This document shows positions 44,201-54,112 of a stretch of 64,000 nucleotides of DNA, in pieces (within the stretch, counting starts at the first letter, position 1; every line of letters begins with the position of its first letter). The notes below the pieces were generated by a model. It had not been told where the DNA came from. It saw only the letters and a list, made by a program, of their open reading frames with translations, and made no database searches. The DNA is from Candidatus Versatilivorator sp. (GTDB lineage Bacteria > Acidobacteriota > Terriglobia > Versatilivoradales > Versatilivoraceae). The position numbers and the translations under genes were made by a program. The stretch spans positions 2,624,001 through 2,688,000 of the forward strand of contig OZ242296.1 in assembly GCA_965207735.1 (NCBI GenBank), read 5' to 3'.

Positions 44201-45385
44201 TCAAACGGGTGAGTATTTCCCGTGGGGGCGCTTGTGGATGGCGGGTCGACGACCGCCTTGGATCTGTGTCACTTCGTCTTCGACGGCCGCCACCTGGTCC
44301 CGGCTGGTGCAGACTTCCATCTCCAGCCGGCAGTGGTAGCTCTCACCCGGCGGCAGTACGATGACGCGACCCTTTTCCCGCTCGAATCCCTTCAGGTTGG
44401 GATAGTTGGTTCCCGGCTCCAGCCCGGTGACGTATCCGTCGGACAGACCGACCGTATTTTTCCACTGGGTGAAGTGGGGGAGCTCTTTCTTGTTGAATCG
44501 AAGCACCACGGCGCGGTCGCCGGAGGCATTCCGCAAGGCCACCAGGGTGCGGCCTGACGCACCCTCCGCCAGGTCATAGAAGTAAACCTGCTCCACGTAT
44601 CCGGGGGTGGGTGGCAGGTAGGTATCGATCTCCCCGATCCCCTCCACCGCCCAGGCGTCCCGGGGAGCGACCTCCAGCACGGCCGCCAGCATCTTGGCGC
44701 CGCCCCCCAGGAAGGGCTGGCCGAAGTTGCAATGGTAGACCAACTCCAGTTCGGAGGGAGTGGACTTCAAATTGGTGATGGTGTCCTGGACCGTCAAGCG
44801 GTTGGAGCGGGGAGTGGTGCTGACGGTCGACCGCAGGCGGAGGCCCGGAAGAAAGAGGGAGGATTCGTCCACTTCCCCCACCACCGAAACCCTGCCGCTT
44901 CCGGGATCGGAGCGGACTTCCAGGTAGTGAGCCGGAAGGTTGGCGATCTTGCCATGGAGGGTGAGGTCGACCGAGACGCGGTTCCCGTTGTTGTCGACGA
45001 TGACGTCTTCGCCGGGGGCTCCATTGGAGTCCAGGCCGCAGCGCACGATGCATTCGTCGAATCCCTTGAGCCAGCCCAGCCCTCCCCGGTCCCCCTCGTC
45101 CACCCACTTCGGATGCACCGGGCCCTTGACCGGAGATTCCCAACCCACCGGAATCCCGCGGCAGGACGCTTTCCACAGCCCCATTCCACGAGTTGGCAGA
45201 ATGGAGAAGGAGAGTTCGGCGTTGGTGACCTCCACCAGATCGACGCCGCTTCTCAAGCCTCCCTGCAGGCGAGCCTTGGAGACCGTGCAATCCGGGACCC
45301 CCAGGTCGTCGTGGCCCAGAAAGAGCGACTCTTTCCAGACGTTGGCACCGACATCGGTCAAAACCCAAGACTTCTCCTCCGCCAT
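44201..45385 (-). CDS. Aldose 1-epimerase-like protein (DUF4432)
   Basis: GGAGG RBS; LPTRGMG, CGLD..GAP, LHGKIAN, YHCNFG and GLEPGT. Confidence 0.88.
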   Translation of the reverse strand: MAEEKSWVLTDVGANVWKESLFLGHDDLGVPDCTVSKARLQGGLRSGVDLVEVTNAELSFSILPTRGMGLWKASCRGIPVGWESPVKGPVHPKWVDEGDRGGLGWLKGFDECIVRCGLDSNGAPGEDVIVDNNGNRVSVDLTLHGKIANLPAHYLEVRSDPGSGRVSVVGEVDESSLFLPGLRLRSTVSTTPRSNRLTVQDTITNLKSTPSELELVYHCNFGQPFLGGGAKMLAAVLEVAPRDAWAVEGIGEIDTYLPPTPGYVEQVYFYDLAEGASGRTLVALRNASGDRAVVLRFNKKELPHFTQWKNTVGLSDGYVTGLEPGTNYPNLKGFEREKGRVIVLPPGESYHCRLEMEVCTSRDQVAAVEDEVTQIQGGRRPAIHKRPHGKYSPV

Positions 45386-45491
45386 GGCATTCCCTCCTCT
45401 CGACTGCGATCCTCGTATTCTAATGAATGGCTCGACCGATATGTCAATCGATTCCTGCCGGTGCACCCGGATCGGCCGGGCGGAGGCCCGG

Positions 45492-45680
45492 CTTGCCTGA
45501 AACAACCGACAAGAGACAAGAGAAAAAGACTTATCCACGAAGGGGCACGAAGAACGACGAAGGGGCACTAAGGCGTTGAGGTTGACCGCGACGGGGTGCC
45601 AAGGTCGCGAAGGGATGGTCGATTACTGATTGTCACACCGTGGTTTGATCCGCACGGCACGGAGGGGCCGGGCTCGCGGA
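45492..45680 (+). repeat. Family A dispersed repeat, copy 4
   Basis: CTTGCCTGAAACAAC...TATCCACGAAGGGGCACGAAGAACGACGAAGGGGCACTAAGG...; right core degenerate. Confidence 0.88.
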
Positions 45681-45762
45681 CAAACGGGAGTTTCCCAAAA
45701 GGCGCCTGTCGGCTCTCAGAGAAGTCGCCCGCCGCATACGCTCCACCGCACCATCGGGACGC

Positions 45763-45805
45763 CCCACCCGGGAGCGCGGGCGTCCCGCCCGCGCTCCCGG
45801 GTGGG
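45763..45805. repeat. Perfect 20-bp-stem palindrome (REP-like)
   Basis: CCCACCCGGGAGCGCGGGCG-TCC-CGCCCGCGCTCCCGGGTGGG. Confidence 0.8.
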
Positions 45806-46122
45806 CTTCCTCCCATGAGGTCGTGATATCAAGGTCACGGTATCGCAGATGCATTGGGGGGCCGTTGGTGGTTGAATGAGGTGCAGTTGTCTTCGGGGCC
45901 CTTCGCGGTCCTTCGTGTAACATCGTGGATCACTCTTTTAGCCTTGCGGATGAGCCCCAGTTGTCTCCGGCAAGCCGGCTTCGCCTTGATACCCGGGAAT
46001 CGGTTCGACTAAAATGAGCGGAGTCGAACAGACTCGGTCCTGCCGACTAAAACCCAAGCGTTCATCGGCGTGGCGCCGAGACCCCACTTATCCTGAGGAG
46101 ATGGAGGAGGCACCAGCCAACC

Positions 46123-49100
46123 ATGAGTTGTCTGCGACCGGCAAAGCCGCTGTTTCTCAAGGGCGGCGCCTGGATTGTGACTGGCTTGGCAGTGGCGGCC
46201 TGGTTTTTCAATCCCCTGCGCGCAGCCGAACCCGGGGAGAACTCCCCTCCGGATTTCAACCGCGACATTCGGCCCATCCTTGCCGACAACTGCTACGCCT
46301 GCCACGGGCCCGATCAGAACCAGCGCATGGCCGGTTTGCGCCTCGACCTCCAGGATACCGCCCTGGGGCGGCTGGACTCGGGCAAACTGGCCATCGTCCC
46401 CGGCCACCCGCAAGAAAGCGAGCTCATCCGGCGCATCACCGCCGAGGACGGCACTCTCAAGATGCCTCCGGCCTATTCGGGCAAGGAATTGACCCGGCAG
46501 CAAATCGATCTCCTGACCCGTTGGATTCGCCAGGGAGCTCCCTGGAGTAAACACTGGGCCTACGTCACCCCGGAAAGTCCGGCACTCCCGGCAGTGAAGG
46601 ACAAGAGCTGGCCCGCCAACGCCATCGATCATTTCATTTTGGCCCGGCTGGAACGGGAAGGGGTCAGTCCCTCGCCGGAGGCAGACCGCAGGACCCTCAT
46701 TCGGCGTCTGACCTTCGACCTGACCGGACTCCCGCCCACGGTCCGGGAAGTTGAGAACTTTCTTTCCGATCGGAGCCCCCAAGCCTACGAGAGACTGGTG
46801 GACAGGCTGCTGGCTTCACCCCACCACGGCGAGCGCATGGCCATGCACTGGCTCGATCTGGCCCGCTATGCCGACTCGGACGGTTACCATGTCGACTTTC
46901 CCCGATCGATGTGGAAGTACCGCGATTGGGTGATCGCGGCATTCAATGCCAACAAGCCCTTCGACCAGTTCACGGTGGAACAATTGGCGGGAGACCTGCT
47001 GCCCAATCCCACCCTGGACCAGAGAATCGCCACCGCCTTCAACCGCAACGGAATGACCAGCACCGAAGGCGGCGCCGACGCCAAGGAGTACCTCTCCAAG
47101 TACGTGATCGACCGGGTCAACACCACTGCGACAGTCTGGCTGGGCTCCACCGTCGCTTGCGCCGAGTGCCACGACCACAAGTTCGACCCCTTTACCCAAC
47201 AGGAGTACTACCAGCTGTACGATTTCTTCCACCAGATCCCCGAGAAGGGTCTGGACCGGGACCCCGCCCCTCCCTACCTGCTGCTGCCGTCCGAGGAGCA
47301 GCGCTCCCGGCTGAGCCAACTGGAAAAAACCATCCAGACCCTGGAAGCGAGCCGGCAAGCCCGGCTCGACATGACCCATGACGGCTTGGACGAGGCCCAG
47401 GCCGAATGGGAAGGAGAGCTGGCTCAAATCCATCGGACCCGCCAGGAGATGGAACTGAAGGAATGGTCGGTGATCGGGCCATTTATCGCCCAGTCCGCCG
47501 AAGAAGCCTTCACGAGGTCTTTCCCACCGGAACTAGAGCTGGACTTCTCCAAGAACTATCAGGACGGCAAGTTGTCCTGGAACGCTCGCCCGGACTGGAA
47601 GGACGGGGAAGCTAAATCGCTGCTGGGAAACAAGGCCGCCACCTATCTGCACCGCAGGATCCATACCGAATCGGCCCGCAAACTGAAATTCTTCGTGGCC
47701 ACCAACGCCCCCTATGCCGACGGTCTCAAGGTCTGGTTGAACGGAGGGCTCGTTCTTGCCAAAGCCGTGGAGGGCTGCGAGCCGGCGGAATCGATCCAGG
47801 TGCAGGTGGACCTCCGGTCCGGAGCCAATGACCTGCTGCTGAAGGTCGTCAATTATGGCGGCGGCTATGGATTCTATTTTTCCCTGGATGCTCCCTTGGA
47901 GGATAAGCGGCTCAAGCAAGTGATGTCGGCGGTCGCGGAGCCGGTGCTGGAGAGAGACGGTGGGGAAAAAACGGCCTTGAGGCACTATTTTCGTGAGAAA
48001 CATTCCCCCCGGCTGCAGGCCCTCGGCCGGCAACTGTCCCAGATGCGCAAGCAAAAGGAGGAACTGGAGAAAGAGATTCCCACCGTGCGGGTGATGGAAG
48101 ACATGGAGTTCCGCAGGCCCACTCACATCCTGGTACGGGGAGACTACCGGAGCAAAGGCGAGCGAGTATCGGCAGGCGTTCCCGATTTCTTGCCCTCGTT
48201 GCCCCCGGCAGAAAGGGTCGATCGTCTGGCCCTGGCTCGCTGGCTGGTCCACCCAGATCATCCGCTGGTGGGCCGAGTCGCCGTGAATCGCTTCTGGCAG
48301 CTCTTCTTCGGCACTGGAATCGTTAGAACGGCAAATGAATTCGGCACTCAGGGCGAGCCGCCCTCTCACCCCGCGCTGCTGGACTGGCTGGCTCGGGAGT
48401 TTGTGGACGGAGGTTGGGACGTCCAGTCCGTGCTGAAGACCATTGTGATGTCGGCCACCTACCGGCAATCTTCCCGGTACCGCCCGGAGCTTCTGTCCGG
48501 AGACCCTGCCAACCGATTGCTGGCCAGAGGCCCCCGGCTGCGGCTGCCCGCCGAGGCCATCCGCGACAACGTGCTGGCCGTCAGCGGCCTGCTGGACCGG
48601 GACCGCCACCCCGGGGGGCCGAGCGTCTTTCCTTATCAGCCTCCCGGACTCTGGGAGCAGAAGGCCTTCTACTGCCGCACCAAGTACGAGCAGAGTCGGG
48701 GCGAGGATCTATATCGCCGCAGTTTGTACACCTTCTGGAAGCGCTCGGTACCCAATCCCATCCTGCAAACCTTCGACGCACCCGACCGGGAGGTCTGCAC
48801 CGTCAGCCGGGAGCGCACGGTCACTCCGTTGCAGGCGCTGATCACCCTGAACGAGACCACTTACGTGGAGGCCGCGCGGGTGTTTGCCCAGCGGATTCTC
48901 ACCGAGGCCGGACCTTCGACGCGGGAGCGCATTCGTTTCGCCTATCGCACGGCCCTGGCCCGGCTGCCCGAACCTGAAGAGGAGAAGATCACCGAACGCA
49001 CCCTCCACAGGATTTTCGCTACTTACCGGGACGACGCGGCCAAGGCCCGGCAGCTGGCCAGCATCGGGGAGTCGCCGGCCGACGCAGATCTCGAGGTCAC

Positions 49101-49170
49101 TCAACTGGCAGCCTGGACCGGCGTGGCCAAGTTGATTCTGAACCTGGACGAGACCATGACCAAGGAGTAG
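46123..49170 (+). CDS. Planctomycete cytochrome c / DUF1549 / DUF1553 protein
   Basis: FNRDIRPILADNCYACHG, WLDLARYADS, CAECHDHKFDP, PSHPALLDWLA and TPLQAL. Confidence 0.93.
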   Translation: MSCLRPAKPLFLKGGAWIVTGLAVAAWFFNPLRAAEPGENSPPDFNRDIRPILADNCYACHGPDQNQRMAGLRLDLQDTALGRLDSGKLAIVPGHPQESELIRRITAEDGTLKMPPAYSGKELTRQQIDLLTRWIRQGAPWSKHWAYVTPESPALPAVKDKSWPANAIDHFILARLEREGVSPSPEADRRTLIRRLTFDLTGLPPTVREVENFLSDRSPQAYERLVDRLLASPHHGERMAMHWLDLARYADSDGYHVDFPRSMWKYRDWVIAAFNANKPFDQFTVEQLAGDLLPNPTLDQRIATAFNRNGMTSTEGGADAKEYLSKYVIDRVNTTATVWLGSTVACAECHDHKFDPFTQQEYYQLYDFFHQIPEKGLDRDPAPPYLLLPSEEQRSRLSQLEKTIQTLEASRQARLDMTHDGLDEAQAEWEGELAQIHRTRQEMELKEWSVIGPFIAQSAEEAFTRSFPPELELDFSKNYQDGKLSWNARPDWKDGEAKSLLGNKAATYLHRRIHTESARKLKFFVATNAPYADGLKVWLNGGLVLAKAVEGCEPAESIQVQVDLRSGANDLLLKVVNYGGGYGFYFSLDAPLEDKRLKQVMSAVAEPVLERDGGEKTALRHYFREKHSPRLQALGRQLSQMRKQKEELEKEIPTVRVMEDMEFRRPTHILVRGDYRSKGERVSAGVPDFLPSLPPAERVDRLALARWLVHPDHPLVGRVAVNRFWQLFFGTGIVRTANEFGTQGEPPSHPALLDWLAREFVDGGWDVQSVLKTIVMSATYRQSSRYRPELLSGDPANRLLARGPRLRLPAEAIRDNVLAVSGLLDRDRHPGGPSVFPYQPPGLWEQKAFYCRTKYEQSRGEDLYRRSLYTFWKRSVPNPILQTFDAPDREVCTVSRERTVTPLQALITLNETTYVEAARVFAQRILTEAGPSTRERIRFAYRTALARLPEPEEEKITERTLHRIFATYRDDAAKARQLASIGESPADADLEVTQLAAWTGVAKLILNLDETMTKE

Positions 49171-49174
49171 ATCC

Positions 49175-50617
49175 ATGAGCCTTGAACAAGAGCTGGCCCT
49201 TCAGATGACGAGACGGCGCTTCTTCGGTCGAGGGGCCAAGGGCATCGGATCGCTGGCCCTGGCGACGCTTTTGAGGGAAGACCTGTATGGCGACACGAAC
49301 GGAAAATCCTTCGGTGCGTTGAAACCGCTCCACTTCGCACCCACGGCCAAGCGCATCATCTACCTCTTCATGTCGGGAGCCCCATCCCAGCTGGATCTGT
49401 TCGACCCCAAGCCGAAGCTGGTCGAAATGACCGGGGAGCCCATGCCAGAAAGCGTCACCAAGGGCCAGCGGATCGCTCAGCTTGCCGGCCGCAAGCTGGT
49501 ATGCATGGGATCCAAGTTCCAATTCCGGAAACACGGGCATTCCGGCGCCGAAATGTCCGAACTCCTGCCGCATATGGCCGGCATAGCCGACGACCTGGCC
49601 GTCATACGCTCGATGCACACCGACGCCATCAACCACGACCCGGCCGTCACCTTGATCCAGACGGGAGGACAACAGCCGGGGCGTCCCACCATGGGGGCCT
49701 GGTTCTCCTACGGCCTGGGCAATGAAAACCAGCAGTTGCCCTCCTTCGTCGTCCTGACCTCGGGGGGCGGGCAGGGCCAACCCCTGCTGTCCCGCTACTG
49801 GGGCAGCGGCTTCCTGCCCAGCAGCCACCAGGGGGTCGAGTTTCGCTCCCAGGGAGAGCCCATCCTCTTCGTTTCCAACCCCGGAGGCGTCACCCCCACC
49901 TCGCGTCGCCACTTGCTTGACGGACTGCGCGATCTCAACCGCCTCAAGATGGATGCAGTGGGCGACCCCGACATCGCGGCCCGGATCAAGTCCTTCGAAA
50001 TGGCCTACCGGATGCAAACCAGTGTTCCGGATCTGATGGACACCGGCCAGGAGTCCCCCAAGGTTCTGGAGCAGTACGGTGCTCAGCCCGGTGTTTCCTC
50101 CTTTGCCAACAATTGCCTGCTGGCCCGGCGCCTGGTCGAGCGAGGCGTCCGATTTATCCAGCTCTACCACCGCGGCTGGGACCACCACAACAGCTTGCCC
50201 TCCAACATCGCCTTGCAGTGCCGCCAGACCGACCAGGCAACGGCAGCGCTGATTCGGGATCTGAAGCAGCGGGGTCTATTCGAGGAGACCCTGGTGATCT
50301 GGGGAGGGGAGTTCGGGCGGACGCCCATGAACCAGGGAGACATGAAGCGGGGAAATTACGGCAGGGACCACCATATGAAAGCCTACACCATCTGGATGGC
50401 GGGTGGAGGCATCAAGCCGGGGGTCACCATCGGAGCCACCGACGACCTGGGCTACAACCCGGTGGAAGATCCGGTGCACATCAACGACTTCCAGGCTACC
50501 GTGCTGCACTGCATGGGCATCGACCACGAGAGGTTCACCTACCGATTCCAGGGACGCGACTTCCGCCTGACCGACGTGGGCGGCAAAGTCATTAAAAAGG
50601 CAGTGGTTAGTGGTTAG
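49175..50617 (+). CDS. DUF1501 domain protein (Tat signal)
   Basis: TRRRFF, GAPSQLDLFDPKP, CLLARRLVERGVRF, WDHH, GEFGRTP and GRDHH. Confidence 0.93.
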   Translation: MSLEQELALQMTRRRFFGRGAKGIGSLALATLLREDLYGDTNGKSFGALKPLHFAPTAKRIIYLFMSGAPSQLDLFDPKPKLVEMTGEPMPESVTKGQRIAQLAGRKLVCMGSKFQFRKHGHSGAEMSELLPHMAGIADDLAVIRSMHTDAINHDPAVTLIQTGGQQPGRPTMGAWFSYGLGNENQQLPSFVVLTSGGGQGQPLLSRYWGSGFLPSSHQGVEFRSQGEPILFVSNPGGVTPTSRRHLLDGLRDLNRLKMDAVGDPDIAARIKSFEMAYRMQTSVPDLMDTGQESPKVLEQYGAQPGVSSFANNCLLARRLVERGVRFIQLYHRGWDHHNSLPSNIALQCRQTDQATAALIRDLKQRGLFEETLVIWGGEFGRTPMNQGDMKRGNYGRDHHMKAYTIWMAGGGIKPGVTIGATDDLGYNPVEDPVHINDFQATVLHCMGIDHERFTYRFQGRDFRLTDVGGKVIKKAVVSG

Positions 50618-50730
50618 TGGTCAGTTGTGGAAGGAAAGTCCCATTCGCCGGGAGTGTTGTGGGCTAGCCCGTCTTTCGCCCCCCCACCGCATCAGCCTTC
50701 GCCACTCGGCTCGGCTTCTGCGACTCCCCC

Positions 50731-51531
50731 TCAACCCACCTTGCAGGTGATTCCGCCGTCCACCACCAACTGGACCCCGGTAATGTACCTGGCTTCGTCC
50801 GAGGCCAGAAACAGCGCCGCATAGGCCACATCCCAGGCATCTCCCATCTTGCCCATGGGCACCATGGCATCCCGTTTCCGCACCATCTGCTCCACCCCTC
50901 CCGGTCCATAGGTATCTTTCAACGGCTCCACGATCATGGGAGTGTTCATGAAGCCCGGCAGAATACAGTTGGCCCGAATGTTCTTAGGCGCGTACTGCAG
51001 TGCAATGCTCTGAGTGAGCTGATTGACGGCCCCCTTGGAAGCCTGATAGGAAATCGCCGGATAACCCGTGTAGCGGATCGCGGCAAACGAGGAGATGTTG
51101 ACGATCGCGCCCTTGCCCTGGCGTTCCATGACGGGCAGGACGTATTTACAACTCAGGAACATGCCCTTCACGTTGACTGCGAACAGGTGATCCCACTGTT
51201 CCTCGGATATTTCTTCCGGCCCACCCACGTGGAGGATCCCCACGTTATTGTGGAGAATGTCGATCCTGCCGTAGACCTCCAGGCAGCGGTCCACCATGGC
51301 TTTCACCTGTTCCCCGCGGGAAACATCCGTCCGGTGGACGGAGCACTCCCCTCCCTCCTCGAGAATGATGCGGCGAGTCTCCTCGGCAGCATCGGGATTG
51401 ATATCCACGGCCAGCACCCTGGCGCCCTCCCGGGCAAAGAGCACGGCGGCAGCCTTGCCGTTGCCCCAGCCGGGCCCGACCGAGCCGGCTCCGGTGACGA
51501 TGGCGATCTTGTCCTTGAGACGGTCTCCCAT
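50731..51531 (-). CDS. Short-chain dehydrogenase/reductase
   Basis: VTGAGS...GNG, NNVG, YQASK and VDGG. Confidence 0.93.
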   Translation of the reverse strand: MGDRLKDKIAIVTGAGSVGPGWGNGKAAAVLFAREGARVLAVDINPDAAEETRRIILEEGGECSVHRTDVSRGEQVKAMVDRCLEVYGRIDILHNNVGILHVGGPEEISEEQWDHLFAVNVKGMFLSCKYVLPVMERQGKGAIVNISSFAAIRYTGYPAISYQASKGAVNQLTQSIALQYAPKNIRANCILPGFMNTPMIVEPLKDTYGPGGVEQMVRKRDAMVPMGKMGDAWDVAYAALFLASDEARYITGVQLVVDGGITCKVG

Positions 51532-51578
51532 GGGATTCCTCCTCCCGGCGATTGGATAAAATCTCCTCTATCCCGACG

Positions 51579-52340
51579 TCATCCGGACTTGTGGAACTCT
51601 ACGAAGGCTTGGCTCAGGGAACGGATCACCGCCGCCAGGTAGGCTTTTCCCCGCTCCGCATCGCCCCGGTCGGGGCTGTCGGTATAGCCGTCCAGGTCTT
51701 CCAGAAACCGGTGCTTCTCCGACCGATAGGGACCGTAGAAACTGCGAGGGTCGGAGCCGTGGCCTCCCTCGCGATGGGGCAGCGGCTCCACCACCAGATC
51801 CGGGCGCAGGGCCATTATCTGAGATGTCTCATAGAAGCCTGCGTGCCCGGGGAGATTGCCGCTCAGGTGAGCCCCCTCTGCCACCAGGGCGTCCCAGGCC
51901 ACGGTCCAATAGGACATGGCGGCAAACTTGATATCGTGCTTGATGGCCAAATCCCGAGCGACAAGCTGGATCAACTCGTGGTTGCCCCCGTGCCCGTTGA
52001 GCAGCACCAGGCTCCGAAACCCCGAGACAATCATGGATTCCCCCAGGTCGAAGAGAGCCCGGTAATAGGTTTCCGTGCTGAGAGACAAGGTGCCGCCAAA
52101 GGACAGGTGGTGATGGGAGGAACCAAAGGGCAAGGTGGGAGCAACCAACACCGAAATTTTTTCCTTGGCCTGTTCCGCCGCTCCCCGCGCCACGTGCTCG
52201 ACGGTCAGGAAGTCGGTGCCGACCGGCAGGTGGGGACCGTGTTGTTCGACGGCGCCGACCGGCAGCACCAGAAGGGTATGAGGAGCCAGTTCCCGTGCTT
52301 TCTCACGGGTAAGCTCATGAAGCAACAGGTGGGAGTCCAT
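51579..52340 (-). CDS. Creatininase family protein
   Basis: GAVEQHGPHLPVGTD, NGHGGN and HAGFYETS; AGGAG RBS before ATG 52340. Confidence 0.93.
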   Translation of the reverse strand: MDSHLLLHELTREKARELAPHTLLVLPVGAVEQHGPHLPVGTDFLTVEHVARGAAEQAKEKISVLVAPTLPFGSSHHHLSFGGTLSLSTETYYRALFDLGESMIVSGFRSLVLLNGHGGNHELIQLVARDLAIKHDIKFAAMSYWTVAWDALVAEGAHLSGNLPGHAGFYETSQIMALRPDLVVEPLPHREGGHGSDPRSFYGPYRSEKHRFLEDLDGYTDSPDRGDAERGKAYLAAVIRSLSQAFVEFHKSG

Positions 52341-52489
52341 AAATCCATTTCTCCTTTCCAAATGAAGTATTGGCAGTCTATCGGAGTTACAACATCCGTT
52401 CCAGGTTTGAACTATCGGCGCAAATCCCGTCTGATGAGTGATAGGCTTCCCCACATACTACATCCTGAGCCTACCGGCAGGAGGATGCC

Positions 52490-53869
52490 ATGAAAATCAA
52501 CGATCCAATCGATCACTCCATCAGGGAGCCTCCAAGACCATCGGCACCCAAGACCAATCGTCGGGGCTTCCTGGCTACCGGCTTTGGAGGGTGGCTGGCG
52601 GCCACAACAGTGTCCAGCGGCTGGAAACCATTGCGGGCAGAGGAATCTCCATCGGACCCGGCCTCCCAAGAGACTCAGATAGCGGTCACTGTCAACGGGG
52701 AGAAAATTCGAACCGTTCCGGCTCAATTTACGGTGGTCCCCTTCGGCCGGGGGGCTCCCATCGGCAGGACGCAGGACGGCGTTCTCTACGCCGGTTTCTC
52801 CACAGAGGGACCGGGGCTCGAAAGCATCCTGCTGGCCTCCAGCGACGAGGGACGGACTTGGCGGCAAAAAAGTCTGGATTGGTGGCAGTTCTTCGACCAC
52901 AACCTGGCGAGGGACTCGTCGCGCTGGCTCTTTTTTGACAATCGGTGGGCACTGCGAAGCGACTCGTTCGGGATCCTGAGAGACGGTACCCTCGTCTGGG
53001 CGTTCCGCCAGGCAGCCGATGGCTGCGGGGTCGCGGGACTCGAAGCGGAGTGCTATGTGATTCGAAGTCAAGACGGCGGCAGGAGCTGGCAAGGGCCGTT
53101 CAGGGTCGACAAGGCGCCCTTTCCTTCGATTGGAAACTCCTCGAACCGAATGACCGAATTGACGGACGGAACCGTGCTCTGGCCCCAGCGCCTGGGCGCG
53201 ACTTCGACCCGCCAGAAAGAGATCAGGCAAGCGGCTGAACGGTCTTTGCAGCCTTGGACGGAGACTCCCTATACCGCTACCTTCGTTCTTCGGTCGACCG
53301 ACGGCGGCCGAAGTTGGGGCGAGCGAACCCCATTGCCGGACTGGTCTGCCGAGACGACTCTCTTGCGGTTGCACTCCGGACGGTTGATCGCCGCAATCCG
53401 TTACCAGCCTGCCTTTTGGTCGGCCGAGATGATGGACCGGCAGCTCCACGCCCGTCCCTCCCTGTATGAGGATGGATTTCAACCATCCAAGCGGGTCTAC
53501 CTGGCCGACTCGGAGGACGCCGGCCATACCTGGACCCATTTCCGCCCGGTAAGCCAGGCGCCGAATGGGCCAACCGACCTTGCGCTGGGACAGGCTCACG
53601 GGGAACTCTCCCAGTTGTCCGACGGAACGCTCATCCTGACCACCGATCACCGCTACCCGCGGGAAGAGGCTCAAGTTCTGGCACGGATCAGCCACGACGA
53701 GGGTCGAACCTGGAGCGCGGAGGTCTATCACCTCACTCGGGCGGGCGGTTCGGTACTGGGGTCGTCGATCAAGGGTGTTGGAACCGGCTATGCTTCCAGC
53801 GTGGTCTTGGAGGACGATACCATCGTGACCATGACGGGCGCAGGCACCTGCCTGCGTTGGAGGGTTTAA
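52490..53869 (+). CDS. Tat-exported BNR/Asp-box (sialidase-like) beta-propeller
   Basis: NRRGFL; five Asp boxes (SSDEGRTW, SQDGGRSW, STDGGRSW, SEDAGHTW, SHDEGRTW). Confidence 0.85.
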   Translation: MKINDPIDHSIREPPRPSAPKTNRRGFLATGFGGWLAATTVSSGWKPLRAEESPSDPASQETQIAVTVNGEKIRTVPAQFTVVPFGRGAPIGRTQDGVLYAGFSTEGPGLESILLASSDEGRTWRQKSLDWWQFFDHNLARDSSRWLFFDNRWALRSDSFGILRDGTLVWAFRQAADGCGVAGLEAECYVIRSQDGGRSWQGPFRVDKAPFPSIGNSSNRMTELTDGTVLWPQRLGATSTRQKEIRQAAERSLQPWTETPYTATFVLRSTDGGRSWGERTPLPDWSAETTLLRLHSGRLIAAIRYQPAFWSAEMMDRQLHARPSLYEDGFQPSKRVYLADSEDAGHTWTHFRPVSQAPNGPTDLALGQAHGELSQLSDGTLILTTDHRYPREEAQVLARISHDEGRTWSAEVYHLTRAGGSVLGSSIKGVGTGYASSVVLEDDTIVTMTGAGTCLRWRV

Positions 53870-54112
53870 CCTGCATTTCACGCCGGATCAGGTTGTGATA
53901 GGCTCACCGGCAAGCAAGTTCATGATCCAGCCCGGAGCGCAGCAATAGACGGCAGGGAAGCCATGATCGTGTCTCCCCTGATCTTGACTGCGGCTCGGTT
54001 GACTGAATTCAAGTCGCCACGACCGCGAGTGGCGGGCTTGGTCGGTGCCATACCCCGTTGCACCCGGCGACAGAATCGGCAACCAAGCGGAATACCGGAC
54101 GGGAGACAACCC

